Counted from the first letter of the stretch, positions 25,478 through 41,025 are shown. The stretch: DNA of 64,000 nt from Octopus sinensis (GCF_006345805.1 NC_043013.1:15314001-15378000); one strand, 5' to 3'. Notes: generated by a model from the sequence alone, not told the origin. Translations and numbers: made by a program.

Positions 25478-26489
25478 GTGAGTTACCTATTTCTTTACTA
25501 CCCACAAGGGGCTAAACTCAGAGGGAACAAACAAGGACAGACAAACGGAATAAGTCGATTTTATCGACCCCAGTGTGTAACTGGTACTTATTTAATCGAC
25601 CCCGAAAGGATGAAAGGCAAAGTCGACCTCGGCTGAATTTGAACTCAGAACGTAACGGCAGATGAAATACCGCTAAGCATTTCGCCCGGCGTGCTAACGT
25701 TTCTGCCAGTTCGCCGCCTTCAGGTGAGTTACCGTTAAGGAAAGATGCCATTGTCACTATCATCTATAAACATCCATTTTTCCATACTTGCATGGGTCTA
25801 ACAGAATATATAGAGACGGGTTTTCTATGACTGAATGCCCTTTCTATCACCAACCCTTACATGTTTCCAAGCAAGATGATATCTCCCCATGGCCAAGCAT
25901 GTTCTTGCAGAATATTGTCAATGAATGACACTGCTTGTATGGTAATGACACTCATTTACAACTGTCATTTAATGTCATAACAAAGAAACACAAACATACA
26001 CATTCACACACATATGTCCTTATGTACGTATGTACGTAAACATGTAAACCACTTAAACATGTAAACATGTAAAACTAAGTGAATAAAATAAAATAATATT
26101 GCAAAATTCCAGTTTCTTTTGGGTACCCCCTTGTATATATATATATGCATGTATGTATGTACATACATACATACATACATCATCATCATCATCATTTAGT
26201 GTCCGCTTTCCATGCTAGCATAGGTTGGACAGTTCAACTGGGGTCTGGGAAGCCAGAAGGCTGCACCAGGCCCAGTCTGATCTGGCAATGTTTCTACGGC
26301 AGGATGCCCTTCCTAATGCCAACCACTCCGTGAGTGTAGTGGGTGCTTTTTACGTGCCACCGGCACAGGTGCCAGACGAGGCTGGCAAACGGCCACGATC
26401 GGATGGTGCTTTTTACGTGCCACTGGCACTGGTATCACAGCTACAATTTCCATTGATGTTGATCAATTTCGATTTTGATTCTGATTCAT

Positions 26490-26900
26490 ACAAAAGAAAC
26501 TGGAATTTTGCAATATTTTATTTTATTCACTTTGTTTTACATGTTTACACTTTTATCACCTTCAAAGAATTCTCCATTTGAAGCCATGTATTGATCCAGG
26601 CACCTTTTCCACTGTTTGAAGCAGTCCTGGAACTCTTGCAAAGTGATGCTTTTTAATGCCTCTGTCATTTTTTCTTCACCTCTTCTACATTTGCAAATTC
26701 TATAGTACTAGCTTTCATCACCAGTGATAACCTTTGAAAAAAGGTCTGGATCATCTTCCAACTGTTCTTTCAGTTCACAACGCATATCCAGTTGTGACTG
26801 CTTTTGATCTTCCATGAGTAAGTGAGTCACAAATTTTACTGTAGCTTTTGGTTGCTTCTGCCGGGTCAGTTACAGTTTACTCTGCTAGTTTTTTTGCTCT
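26490..26900 (-). mobile_element. Internally deleted mariner transposon remnant
   Basis: Minus frames ELKEQLEDDPD..VITGDES and EALKSITLQEFQDCFKQWKRCLDQYMASNGEFFEGD. Confidence 0.75.
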
Positions 26901-28186
26901 CTCAAGTTTTCCCTTGAGGCACAAGGCTTATCTCGCTCTTAAGCAGTGGGAACTGTTTTATGTAGTATTAGGGATGTTCATACACAAGTGGACCTATGTG
27001 ACATTTGTCTAGGGGCCAGCCTTCTTCCCAAGTCCTGTGTACTTTAGTCACAGGACCATCATCTGCATTTTGACTCTTGGGCAAGTGTTTCCTGTAGTGA
27101 TCTGGGCCAAACAAAGCCTTGTGAGTGGATTTGATAGATGGAAACTGAAAGAAGCCTGTCGTGTGTGTGTGGTGTGTCTTTGTCTTGTCAGTCTATGAGA
27201 GTGACACTCATTTACAACTATCACCTGATGTCAAGACAAGGAGACACTAACACAAGTGTCTTTCAGTTTCCATCTACCAAATCAACTCACAAGGCTTTTG
27301 TTGGCCAAGAAGACACTTGCCCAAGGTGCTATGCAGTGGGACTGAACATGAAACTACATGGATGGGAACCAATCTTCTGAACCATACACACACCTTCACA
27401 TGTAAGAAATATTAGGGGCTTTTGATGGGTGCTATCACCTTGGACCAGGGAGGACTTGGGACAGCAATGACTAAGGAGCAACTTCACTTTCTTTATAACT
27501 CTTGAATTCCTAAACTGGAGCTTCACTGGATATAGTTTAATATCTTATCCAGGACATCAAATAGTAGTGACAAATCTCAACAACAACATCGTCATCATCG
27601 TTTAACGTCCGTTTTCCATGCTAGCATGGGTCGGATGGTTTGACCGGAGTCTGGGAAGCCAGAAGGCTGCACCAGGATCCAGTCTGATCTGGCAGTATTT
27701 CTACAGCTGGATGCCCTTCCTAACGCCAACCACTCCGTGAGTGTAGTGGGTGCTTTTTATGTGCCACCGGCACAGGTGCCAGGTGAGGCTGGCAACGGCC
27801 ACGATCAGTTGGTGCTTTTCACGCGCCACCGGCACAGAAGCCAGTCAAGGCAGCGCTGGCATCGGCCACCTTCAGATAGTGCTTTTTACGTGCCGACGGC
27901 ACAGGTATCACAAATACAATTTCCGTTGATTTTTGATGTTGATGTACTTGACTCAATAGGTCTCCTCAAGCACAGGATCGAAACGGTGTTTCTTTACTTT
28001 CCACCTGCACAGGAGTCAGTCCAGCGGCACTGGCAACGGCTGGCTGCCAGTCATCGGATTTGGTTCAATTTTGATTTAACCAAATTCGGTGTTAAAATTT
28101 GGCATTTGAATCTTAGACCAATATTGGGTTTAACTAATCTTTGACCCTGCACATCTTTTATATATGTTGCTGATGTAATTGACTAA

Positions 28187-28570
<384 letters not shown>

Positions 28571-28675
28571 TAGGCCAATATTTTTCATTTTATCAATTTT
28601 GGAAGGATAGAAGACAAGCTGCCTTCATAAGAAATTGAACTCGGAATATAAATTAGTCAAAATGAAATGGGTTAA

Positions 28676-28853
28676 CCCTTTTGATACCAACCCAGCTGAA
28701 ACTGCCTCTGTCTTGTTTCCATAAGTTTTGAATGAAAATTTTCTACCAAAACTTAGTCACAATTTATGTTCCTAACACCAGCTTAATGATAACTAAGTTA
28801 TTTTACTGAATTCTAAGAAACACTATGCATCTCTAAATACAGTAGCAAAAGGG
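28676..28853. mobile_element. TTAA-type (piggyBac-like) MITE
   Basis: TTAA|CCCTTTTGATAC ... GTAGCAAAAGGG; the right flank is not TTAA. Confidence 0.5.
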
Positions 28854-29369
28854 CCAAGACATTTAATTTGGGGCTTTGTAAATGTTTTATTGTCGTTATC
28901 CTTTTTTACAGTTATTTATTGAAGTGATTATTCAAAAAGCTGGTGTCACATAAAAAAAAACAGTGGTGAGGGTGTGACATGTTGCTGGTGCCACATAAAA
29001 AGCACCTAGTACACTGTAAAGTGGTTGGCATTATGAAGGGCATCCAGCTGTAGAAACCAAGTCAAAATAGACTATAGAACCTGGTGCATCTCCTGGCCTC
29101 ACCAGTTCCTGTCAAGCCATCCAGCTCATTCTAGCATGGAAAACAGATATTAAATGATGGTAATGATGAAGGTGGCAAACTGACAGAATAGTTAGCACAC
29201 CAGACAAAACACTTAGTGGCATTTCGTCTGTCTTTATGTCCTGAGTTTGAATTCTGTTAAGCACTGGTGTTGATGTAATCGTCTAGTCCCCTCTCCTTGA
29301 ATTGCACACTTTGTACCCATAGCAAAAAAGGTTGTTGTTATTATTATTATTATTATTATTATCATTATT

Positions 29370-30048
<679 letters not shown>

Positions 30049-31700
30049 TAAAAACAAGTTTATTGGGTTTGCTTGTATGTAGTAGATTATGTTACTTCTC
30101 AGGACTGTATGCTGCTGTTTATTATTTTTTTAATTTGGTACTTGCTAATTTAAAATTTTAATTTTTAAAATCAAGTATGTCATTGAATATCCTACTAAAT
30201 TATTTACCAAGAAAATTACAATAGTTACCAACCTATAGGTAATTCTTGTGTGTGAGTAAGTGTATGTATGTATATATATATACACATATAAATATATCTC
30301 TCCAATTTTTCCCTATGGCTGGACATACTTTTGCAGAATATTTGAAATGAATGACTCTGCTTGTATGATGGCGACACTTATTTACAACTATTGCTTGATG
30401 TCAAGGCTAAGAGACACATACATATATGGGCACGTAAAAAGCACCATCCGAACGTGGCCGATGCCAGCGCCGCCTTGACTGGCTTCCGTGCTGGTGGCAT
30501 GTAAAAAGCACCAATCTGATTGTGGCCGTTGCCAGCCTCGCCTGGCACCTGTGCCAGTGGCACGTAAAAAGCACCCACTACACTCATGGAGTTGTTGGTG
30601 TTAGGAAGGGCATCCAGCTGTGGAAACACTGCCAGATCAGACTGGAGCCTGGTGCAGCCTTCTGGCTTCCCAGATCCCCAGTCGAACCGGCCAACCCATG
30701 CTAGCATGGAGAACAGACGTTAAACGATGATGATGATGATATATATATATATACCACCAAGTAAGTTAGGGGTTATGGATCCAACCCACTAAGGGATAGT
30801 ATTTATCCAATATGCTGTTGGTATAATACCCAAATTCTTAATACATAAATGTTTTTAATTGCAATGCAATTAACTTATTTATTGTATTAAACGGGTGAAA
30901 GTAAAGAAATATTTTACCATTAATTTATAATACAAATAAGAAAATGAAGAAACAATTTAGTTGGTTCATCAGCTTTAGGATATTAGAATGTTGAATTATT
31001 TATTCATTTAACAAAAATGAGAACCTTAATAGCATACATATATACTAAATTGTTTCTCCATTTTCTTATTTGTATTATATATATATATCACACACATACA
31101 GGCACACCCACACATGATGTGCTTTCAGTTTCCACCTACCAAACTCGCTCACAAGGCTTTGGTTGGCCTGGGGCGTTTGAAGAAGACACTTGCCCAAGGT
31201 GCCATGCTTGGGTAAAGAAACTGAAATGATATGGTTTGGAAGCAAACTTCTCTACCTCACAGTTATACTGCACCTATATGTGTGTGTGTGTGTGTGCCTG
31301 CTTCTGTCTGTCTTTTTGCCCTTGTTTTGACATCATGTGCTAACTATTGAAAATGAACTTCTCCATCATAGAAATGTTGATGTTTGCAGTCTCCCTGTGG
31401 AAACATTACCTTTGCTTAGAAACAGGTAAGGATTAGCAACAGGAAGTGCATCTGATTTCGGAAACCTCTGCCTCACTCATGCATCTTCATTAACATCACC
31501 ATTTTAATATCTATGTCTCCATGCTTTCATGGGTCAGAGGAAATTTGTTGAGGAAGAGCTTTCTATGGCTGGAGGTGTCTAAGAAACCTTAAGTAATTTC
31601 TCTTGGTAATTTATTTCCTTGTTTTCATTGTTATGTACAGAAGATAATTCCAATACTTTGTTTAACCCTGTAGATTTCTTTTCTCTCTCACATAATTTAG

Positions 31701-31911
31701 GTAGTTTCTCGAAGGCAAGATTTGAAGCTAATTGTTACATCAGCCACCATGGATGCATCTAAATTCTCAACTTTCTTTGGAAATGTTCCCATTTTTAAAA
31801 TTCCTGGCCGAACATTCCCTGTTGATGTGTTGTTCAGTAAAAACCCTGTTGAAGACTATGTTGATTCTTCTGTAAAACAGGCCATGCAGATCCATCTCCA
31901 ACAAGCAGAAG
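31701..31911 (+). CDS. DHX38: DHX38 coding exon 13 (SAT motif)
   Basis: [18 protein letters not shown]...[10 protein letters not shown]...QAE; AG/GTAAGA; phase 0 to 1. Confidence 0.96.
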
Positions 31912-33420
31912 GTAAGAATCTGTTTGGGAAGAATTAAATTATGTTTTACTACTCAGCAGCTAATTCTTGAGATATAAGATATGTCCCTTTTACCTGAAAA
32001 GTTAATGACTGTTATCATATCATTAGGTATAAGACTGTTAGCCATGTTCTGAAGCACTCAGTCTATAACTGACTATAAGCTCTGCTTTATCATCTCCACC
32101 TAACTAACTAATCATCATGAGAAAATATATTTCATTGCATTACTCTGTGAATAGGTATGATTAAAAGGTACAGTTTACTCTTCTACCTTTCCACTCAGCT
32201 GTGAATAGGTATTGTGGAGAGGTATAGTTCCCCACTGTCCTTTACCTGCTTTTGTACCTCAGAAGGGTACAGTTTACTGTTGAATGAATGAATGAATGAA
32301 TGAATCAATCAATCAATCAATCAATCAATTCTATTAGTCAACCAATCAATTAAAACTGTTAAGGGTGGTAGTTATACTGTGGGAAGAAATACCTTTTGGT
32401 ATTTCTTCCAGCTCTGTGTTCTAGGTTTAATTCGCACTAAGGTTAACTTTACCTTTTCTCCTCCTGGAATTGATAAAATAAAGTACCGGTTAAGTACTGG
32501 GGTTGATTAAATCAACGAATCTTTCTCCAACTTCCAAATTGCTGGCATTGTGTCTAAATTAGAAATTACTGTTAAGGGAGTGAAGGTGATGACTTCAGTA
32601 GTATATTGTAAGGCACCAGTCTAAGTGTCTTTTGGCATTTAGTTTTGTCCTTTGGCCTCAGAGTGTGGAAGTGGGTTGGGGGTTAGAGAAATGACAGCAG
32701 ATGTAATTGTGGGGTTCAGAAATCTTTTATCTTTTACTTGTTTCAGTCATTATAGACTGTGGCTATTCTGGGGCACTACCTTGAAAATTTTTTAGTCGAC
32801 TGAATCAGTCCCAGAACTTATTTTTTTGTTAAGCTTGGTACTTATTCTGTCATCTGTTTTGCTAAACCACTAAGCTATGGGGACGTAATTACATCAACAC
32901 TACTTGTCAAGTGGTAGTAGGGGACAGACATAAAGACACACCTGCGCATACACATATGATTGGGCTCTTTCAGTTTCCGTCTACCAAATCCACTCACAAG
33001 GCTTTGGTTGGCCTGAGGCTATAGTAGAAGACACTTGCCCAAGGTGCCACACAAAGGAAAGATTAAATGACTTGCTGTATTTGATTATGTACCTTTAGTC
33101 ACTTCAGTCTAAATCCCTGTGAGGTCAGCCTTAACTTTTATCTTCCCAGGTACCTGAAATATGTCAACCAACCAACCATCATTTTTTTATATTAACTATT
33201 ATTATATAGAGATTGTTGTTGTTATTGCTAGAGTAGTGGATTGGCATAATTGTCTTCATTCTTGTTCTTTGTATTCCGAGTTCAAAATTCCATTGAGGTC
33301 AGCTTTGCATTTGATCTCTTTGGGGTCAATATCACAATGTCAATTTCTTTGTCTCCTGTCAAAACTGTTGAATGTGTGCCTTTAGAAACGTTGTTGATGT
33401 TATTTATTTATTTGTTTCAG

Positions 33421-33483
33421 GTGATATTTTGGTATTTATGCCTGGTCAGGAAGATATTGAAGTGACGTGCGAATTGATATCAG
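33421..33483 (+). CDS. DHX38: DHX38 coding exon 14
   Basis: (G)DILVFMPGQEDIEVTCELIS; tttcag/GTGAGG; phase 1 to 1. Confidence 0.94.
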
Positions 33484-34213
33484 GTGAGGCTTGTTTGCAT
33501 TGCTAGTTAGGTCAAAGTGTGTAACGACGTGGCTTCTTTTACTTCAATCCACTCTACCTCACTCCTTCTCCTCCGCTGTCCCTTCTCCCTCCCCTGTTCC
33601 TCTTTTGCCTCTGCCTCTCCTCACTTTCTCCTGCATTCTCTCTTCCTCTCACACTTCCCTCTCTTTGTCTCCCAACTCCTGTTGTCCTTTATCATCAACC
33701 ATTATGACATTGTTAACATGAGATCCGTTTATTAACTAGTGAGTGCTCCCGACCTCACGCAGTAGCTTGATATGCTAGAAATAGTAGGAAAATCTCCTTC
33801 AGATGACATTGCTTCTGTCTTACAGAAAGACGGTTAAGTTGGAAAATGTAATCCTTGCTTTGCTATCATTATTGCCATTTTAACATCAACTTTTCCTTGT
33901 TTACATGGATTGGATGGAATTCACTGAGGCAGATTTTCTAAAGCCTGATATCATTCCTGCTGCCAACCCTCATCTATTTCCAAGCAAGTTAAGAATTCCT
34001 TATGGCCTGACAGTTATGAAGAATATTGGAAAGGAATGACACTGCTTGTATGACAGTGGCACTTATTTACAAGTGTCATATTATGTCAGAACAAAGAGAC
34101 ACAAAATCACATACGTAAATATATATTGAATAATGTAAAGAGAAGGGTGTTGAAATAATGTGCTATTCTTTATTTTCTTTCTAATTTTCTTTTTCTTCTT
34201 CATTCCTCTTCAG

Positions 34214-34369
34214 AACGTCTTTCACAGCTTGATGATCCTCCGCCCTTGGCCATTCTTCCCATATATTCACAACTTCCCAGTGATTTACAAGCGAAGATTT
34301 TCCAGAAAGCTCCAGATGGCATCCGGAAATGTGTGGTTGCCACAAATATTGCAGAAACTTCCCTGACAG
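34214..34369 (+). CDS. DHX38: DHX38 coding exon 15
   Basis: [41 protein letters not shown]; cag/GTGATT; phase 1 to 1. Confidence 0.96.
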
Positions 34370-34808
34370 GTGATTTGGTAGATTATGGTATATTCTAAGT
34401 GTGGGAGATTGGAAGTAGGTGTGGTATATTGCAGACAGGTATGATGTGTTGTTGACCGGTTTGGCATATTGTGGCCTGGTGTGGTATGTTGTAGTTAGGT
34501 GTGGTGTGTTGTGGCCTGGTGTGTATGTTGTTACCAGGTGTGGTGTGGTGTATTGCAGACAAGTGTGGTGTTAACAGATATTATTTACTTTTTATTCACA
34601 CATACATACAGCATTGTTCACTGTTCACACACTTCTCATACATATATACATGTATGCTGTCTGCTGTTCAGCTACATATGAATAGATACACTCATCCAAC
34701 ATTGTTCCCTCTCTCTCTCTCTCTCTCTATGTGAGAGAAAGAGAGAGAGAGTCAAAGAATATTTCCCAATGCTTGTGTTAACCTTTGCTAAAATGTTCAT
34801 CTTTCCAG

Positions 34809-34909
34809 TTGATGGTATTATGTTTGTCATTGATTCCGGTTACTGCAAACTGAAAGTGTTTAATCCCAAAATCGGTATGGATGCCCTTCAGGTATTCCCC
34901 ATCAGTCAG
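34809..34909 (+). CDS. DHX38: DHX38 coding exon 16
   Basis: (V)[33 protein letters not shown]; ccag/GTAAGT; phase 1 to 0. Confidence 0.96.
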
Positions 34910-35489
34910 GTAAGTGATGTTTTGCAGCTTCTTTCCCATTAGTCACTAATTTGATATTCTACAGTGTTACACACTTTGAAAAATGCAGTATATAGAGATG
35001 AGTGAGTCGTAGATAATCATGATGGGAGAACCTTTTTCATTATAGGCCTGCTGGATCCGCAGCTAAACGAAAACAACTAGGAAGTGTCTGAGCAGTCAAC
35101 TGGCCTGCAAAAAGTAATAGCTGAGTCTCATTTAAATCACACCCTACTATCTTAAAATAAATATCACTTGTGCTGGTGGTATGTGAAATATTCAAGCGAG
35201 GTCATCACCAGTGCCGCTGGACTGGCTCCTGTGCAGGTGGCACGTAAAAAGCACCATTTGGGCATGGCCGTTGCCAGTACCACCAAACTGGCCCTCGTGC
35301 TGGTGGCACGTAAAAGCACCCACTACACTCTCGGAGTGGTTGGCGTTAGGAAGGGCATCCAGCCGTAGAAACTCTGCCAGATCAGATTGGAGTCTGGTTC
35401 GCCAGACCTCAGTCAAATCGTCCAACCCATGCTAGCATGGAAAGTGGATGTTAAATGGTGATGATGATATTGATGATGATGAATATATT

Positions 35490-35640
35490 AAAAGTGGAGG
35501 GCAGTTGTGGAAGAGGGAGACAGCGGAAGACATGGGAGGAAGTATTGAAGGCCGATCTCAAAATCTGAGCTTTATGAAGGAGATGACAAAGGGCTGAGCT
35601 ATGTGGCACATTGCTGTACTCAACAAGACACATCTACCAC
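35490..35640 (+). mobile_element. RTE-clade LINE 3' end fragment
   Basis: VEGSCGRGRQRKTWEEVLKADL; a similar decayed end lies near 55045-55190. Confidence 0.6.
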
Positions 35641-36464
35641 AGCAGAATTGACATCTTAAAACCAAGGTACTGTCTAAAGAGCACAGGTGCTGGTGCCACG
35701 TAAAAAGCACCCAGTACACCCTGTAAAGTGGTTGGGGTTAGAAAGGGTACTCAGCTATAGAAACTAAGCCAAAAGCAGACTATGGAACCTGGTGCAGTCC
35801 CTGGCCTTGCAAGCTCCAAACCATGCCTGCATGGAAAATGGGTGTGAAATGATGATGATCAAGATGATGATATTCCTAGATACTTGATAAGAGTGGATGG
35901 TTGTGGTGGAATGTATTTGATCCTGCATTATATCAGTTGCATCTGCAAGTGGGCTACTTATTGACGTAAGTGCCAACAAGAACACCATGCAAACATTGTG
36001 ATTTTTGTATAAGGAAGTAGCAGGTGTAAAAACACCCACCCACGTACACACAAGATGGTCTTCTTTGTCAGCTTCCCTCTACCAAATCCACTAACAAGTC
36101 TTTGATTAGCCTGAGGCTGTAATAGCCCAAAGTGCTGCGCAATGGGAATGAACCTGAAGCCATGTGGCTGAGCAGTGAACTTCTGAGCTGGTAGAATTGT
36201 TAGCATGCTGGGCAGAATGCTTAGTGGCATTTCATCTGTCTTTATATTCTGAGTTCAAATTCTGCCAAGATTGATTTTTGCCTTTCATTTTTTCGGGTCT
36301 GATAAAATAAATACCGATTAAGACCTGGGGTTCATGTAATTTACTTACCCCTCCCTAATAATTTGAAACCATTATTGATACTATGATTTACTAATTTGCA
36401 TAATTACCACTGTCATTGACTACCTGACAATCTAATTAACACCTGTATCTTGTCTTATATCTAG

Positions 36465-36511
36465 GCCAATGCTAATCAACGATCTGGACGTGCTGGTCGA
36501 ACTGGACCAGG
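36465..36511 (+). CDS. DHX38: DHX38 coding exon 17 (motif VI)
   Basis: ANANQRSGRAGRTGP(G); ctag/GTGAGT; 47 bp; phase 0 to 2. Confidence 0.95.
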
Positions 36512-37859
36512 GTGAGTTAATTTGTCTTCTTCTGAGACCAGCATCAATTTGGTGCTGGGGTAGTTTCAACATTTGTGGTTATTTTGTGACTGTTCATCAT
36601 CATTATTGTAGAACATGTGGCAGCTGTGTAAAGATAGCCACCTGGTGGGATGAGATGATTGGATGTGGCTGTTTAAATGGGGTTGTTTAGCATGGCTGAC
36701 TGGATATTGAACCTGTTTTGGCACTGAAGGCTGAAGGCAAAAGAAAAAAAAAAGCAGAGAGAGAGAGAGAGAACAAGGGAAATATTTCAATGTCTGATGT
36801 CAAATAAGTCAGCATTGACTCAGCAAAACCAAATGGGTAGGTAGTGCCATCATAATGGCTGTGCCAAAATGTCTCATACTCTTTGTATGATATTTAGTGA
36901 ACATAGAATGGAGAGATGCACACATTAGCCACCATTACAATTCTCAGATCTAACAACAAAAATTGATAGGAAAAGATTATGGATGGTGTGAAATGGAAGT
37001 TCTCGTCTAAGACTGAGCACTGGAATAGCTTCTTACCATTTATTCTGAGCTCTTAGAAAAAACTTGAACTCTGAGTTGCAAAACTTGGATATTTGAACTT
37101 GGTATTGCAAATAATCATTAATTGAACTTGCTGGTGTAACCCGTGAGTGCTGTGAGCAGAATTCAGTCTGTTGCAAGCATCCAGACCAAGCTTCTGGCAA
37201 GAGTTTCCCTTCAGTTATCAATACACTAAAACTCTTTACATTTCTCCAATACTTCAAAAGCCAAAAGCTAAACCCACCTGGCAAATGTTGTTCCTCTTCT
37301 CTAACATCTGTGGACTTTGGTCCCAACTAGATCCTACTCACCACCTCTTATTAGCATACAAACCCCATGTCTTGTACCTCTCCAAGACAGAAATTTCTCA
37401 ACACCTAACTATAATTCTTTCTGCTGTCCTGCCTACATTCTTTACTCAAACTTCACTCTGTGTATACATTTGTGTATATGTTGCCAGCCTCCCCTGGCAC
37501 ATAAAAAGTACCATCCGTACGTAGTCGATGCCAACGCCACCTTGACTGGCTTCCGTGCCGGTAGCATGTAAAAAGCACCAACCGATCATGATCATTGCTA
37601 GCCTCCCCTGGCACCTGTGCCGGTGGCACATAAAAAGCACCCACTACACTCATGGAGTGGTTGGTGTTAGGAAGGGCATCCAGCTGTAGAAACACTGCCA
37701 AATCAGACTGGAGCCTGGTGCAGCCTCCTGGCTTCCCAGACCCCGGTTGAACCGTCCAACTCGTGCTAGCATGAAAAACTGACGTTAAACGATGATGATG
37801 ATGATGTAGGTCCCTACCCTGCCATCATCAGTAGTAAACATGTCTGCTTCCTCTACTGC

Positions 37860-40420
37860 TCTTCAAAACTCCCAAAGCTATCAGCATCTCTTTGACCATG
37901 TCTCCCGCTCTAAAGTAAAATAATCATCCTCAGTGACTTCAGTGCTCACAACACCTCATCACTCTCTTACCCATCTTATGTAATTGCTGTCAGGGTAGAA
38001 ACCAAATTTTTTGCAAAAATTAGCTTTTCACATCATTTTGTTTCATCTCCTACATCCTTCCCTTACCAACACTCAGTCATTTCAAACATCTTTGATCTCT
38101 TTCTCACCTCCAAACCTAGCTACTATTGGAATGTAGCAGTTTCTACCCTTATCAACAACTGCCTCATTGCAACTACTCAAGACACATCTATGTACTGCAA
38201 AATGCATTCCCCATCTTGCAGACTCTATGACATTAAGTCAGCTGACTGGTTTGGAGTTCTACAAGTTTTATGTGCTATCCCTGGTAGCATATGTATTTCA
38301 CTCATTACCCATCAGAAACAACCAGGCATGTGACTGAAACTATCTTCTTAGGCATGTTCCTCCACATCACACACACAACAACAAAATCTTAATATCCGAA
38401 GTCTCCCAAATAGTTCATCCATAGTTCTGTAATTGATCGAGCAAAAAAAAAAGGCAGCATACCAAATCTTCAAATACCTGGAGACACTCACTTACAGCAC
38501 AAAATTTGCAAGACCACTGTCTGAGCCTCCGTGCATCAGAAAGCCCTTGAGATATCCCACCTCCTAATCTACTGTTGAACCTTCTGGTCTCTTGTCAAAA
38601 GGATCACTCCCAACTTTGCAGAATCATATTCTCCTCCAACTATCAAATCAGGATGGTTCTGTAAGCACCCCTCTCCCTTTGCTGTCTGCTTTACATCCAA
38701 TTCTATACTGTACACATTTGGCAAACCTTCTCTAAATCTGTTCCCTTCTACCCTTCCAGATCCACCACCTTGCTTATTCACTGGCCAAGCATGAATGTCT
38801 TTCCAGTTACTTCAAACTGACATGGCCATCAATTCTAATAATGTCCCTTTAGGGCATTTGTCTTGTCTTGTGAGCTATTTGGTGATCTCACTGGTGCTGG
38901 AGCTTTGTAAAAAGCAATCAGTACACTCAATAAAGTGGTTGGTGTCAGGAAAGCATCCAACAGATATTGGCGCTTAGTGCAGTCCTCTGGTTTCCTGTTG
39001 AACCATCCAACCCATGCCAGCATGGAAAACAGCTGTTAAATAATGATAATGAAAAGTAGTCTCTATATTCACCAAAGCTTTCAATTTCTCTCTCTCCCTC
39101 TTTGTGCAGGATTATATCTTGATCTTTGAAAACAGAATAACATAGAAAGCACTCACACATGTACATATGTATCATCATCATCATCATCATCATCATTTAA
39201 TGCCTGTTGTGATGATGATGATACATATATACATATGTATATGTATGTATGTATGTGTGTATATATATATATATATATGATAAAGTTCTCAAAGCATTTT
39301 CCTTTTGTTTTTAATATAAATTTACTCATGTATCCCATTCCCAAGAGGGCAACCCTTACCAACTATTGTCCTATCTCACCATACCTCAAACGCTATGGAG
39401 ATAGCCATTAACAATATCACTTTAGAATGCTTTGAATTTTTCTCCTAAATGATCACAAATAATTGTTGTATTTAGGAATGGTCATTTCACATCAAGAATC
39501 TTGCAAAACAAATATATAAATGTGATCACAAATAAGACTTCCATAAACCTTGATCTTCTGGAGAACTACTTCCCTATGTCACTCACCTGCCAGCTCTTGC
39601 TCTTGAGAAATGTGATGACAGCAATGTTATTCCCCTTGATATCAGTGAGACTTTCAATTGTGTCTGGCATTCAAATCTCCTTTCAGAACTATCTGCCTAT
39701 AGACTCTGTCCATCTCTCATCTCTTGGATTGGTAACTTCCTATCAAATTGCACTATCATAGTATATACTGACAAGGGCTTTTTCTGTCCCACATGCTACC
39801 AAATCTGGTGTGGCCCCAGGATTTGGTTTTACCCTCCGTTTTCATCAAAACATCAATGACATACTTGCTGTCACCTCCAACCATCAACACTCTAAGCCAG
39901 ACAATACTACCCTTTGTTCCTCTTTAACCTTCCCCATTCAAGCATCATCCACATTAGACACCATATACCAAAATACACTGAACACGGAACTTAAAAGCAT
40001 TCTCTAATTGAGATTTACCAATTTATCTCTATTCAACATTGTAAAAACAATGTTACTCATGTCAAAGAAACGTTATCACATCTCACCCCCTTAAACATGA
40101 GCTGTATGGAATTAGAGCCTTTTCATTATCAGTGAGGGTCTGTCCTTGGGAAAGCACATCTTCAATATAGTTAGGACTACATCCCAGAGACTGGATGTTC
40201 TTTTCAGGGCCACTGACAGCTGAGACAGGCTGACAGTGGAGTATTGCTCCCACACCTGGGTTGATGCTATTGCTGCAACACACAGACATCTTGACCACAT
40301 TCAGAGAAGGGCTGCTCAACTGATTATTATAAAATCACTCATTAATATACTCCAGCTTCTGACCTAATGACATCATATCCCTTTTCTCTACTTTTTTGGC
40401 CAATACTATAATGGCCTCTG
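37860..40420 (+). mobile_element. Heavily decayed CR1/L2-type LINE ORF2 (endonuclease and RT), interrupted by younger repeats
   Basis: Colinear motifs: IIILSDFSAHN (37920-37952, APE GDFNAH), LDISETFNCVWH (39636-39671), SGVAPG, and EYCSHTW...LDHIQRRAAQLI (from about 40239). Confidence 0.7.
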
Positions 40421-40696
40421 TAGGTTGGATTTGGCTAGTTTTGTGTCACTCCTACCCACTTTTGACTTAATTGTCTCTTCTTTTCTCATCACCCATATTG
40501 TGTCCACCTCTGGCCCTGTACTAATTTCTACTCCTGGTCCTTTGCCAGAACCTCAGCCTTCTGGGCATAGTCTTCCTTAGCCCCAGGCCAACCAAAGTCT
40601 TGTGAGTGGATTTGACAGGTAGAAACTGAAAGAAGTCCACTGTATGTGTGTCTGTGTGTATGTGTGTGTGTGTATACATATACACATATATACATG

Positions 40697-40737
<41 letters not shown>

Positions 40738-40824
40738 GAAAGTTTACGAAAATAAACAAAAGACAAAGGCAGGTGGAGTACAAACAAACAAATGTATTAG
40801 TATAGCGCTCAGGAATAGAAAAAG

Positions 40825-40862
40825 TCTTTTACATTTCGAGCCTACACTCTTCGTCAGAAAGA
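40825..40862 (-). ncRNA. Minimal type I hammerhead ribozyme motif (Penelope-like-element type)
   Basis: TCTTT-CTGACGA-A-GAGT(GTAG)GCTC-GAAA-T-GTA-AAAGA: stem I TCTTT/AAAGA, intact core, GUA cleavage triplet. Confidence 0.6.
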
Positions 40863-40995
40863 TACACAGAAAAAAAACAAGGAGAGAAAAAAAATGTGTG
40901 TAGTAACTCACAATCTATCATATATATATATATATATATGCAATATTTTTTTCCCTCTGTCCTCCCACCTCGGGATCTTTCTTTCTCCTATGTTT

Positions 40996-41025
40996 CCGAC
41001 GAAGAGCTCCACTCGAAACGTCATA
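40996..41025 (+). ncRNA. Degenerate minimal hammerhead motif
   Basis: CCGACGA-A-GAG(CTCCA)CTC-GAAA-C-GTC with palindromic ACGT stem III; U4C core change and weak stem I. Confidence 0.4.
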
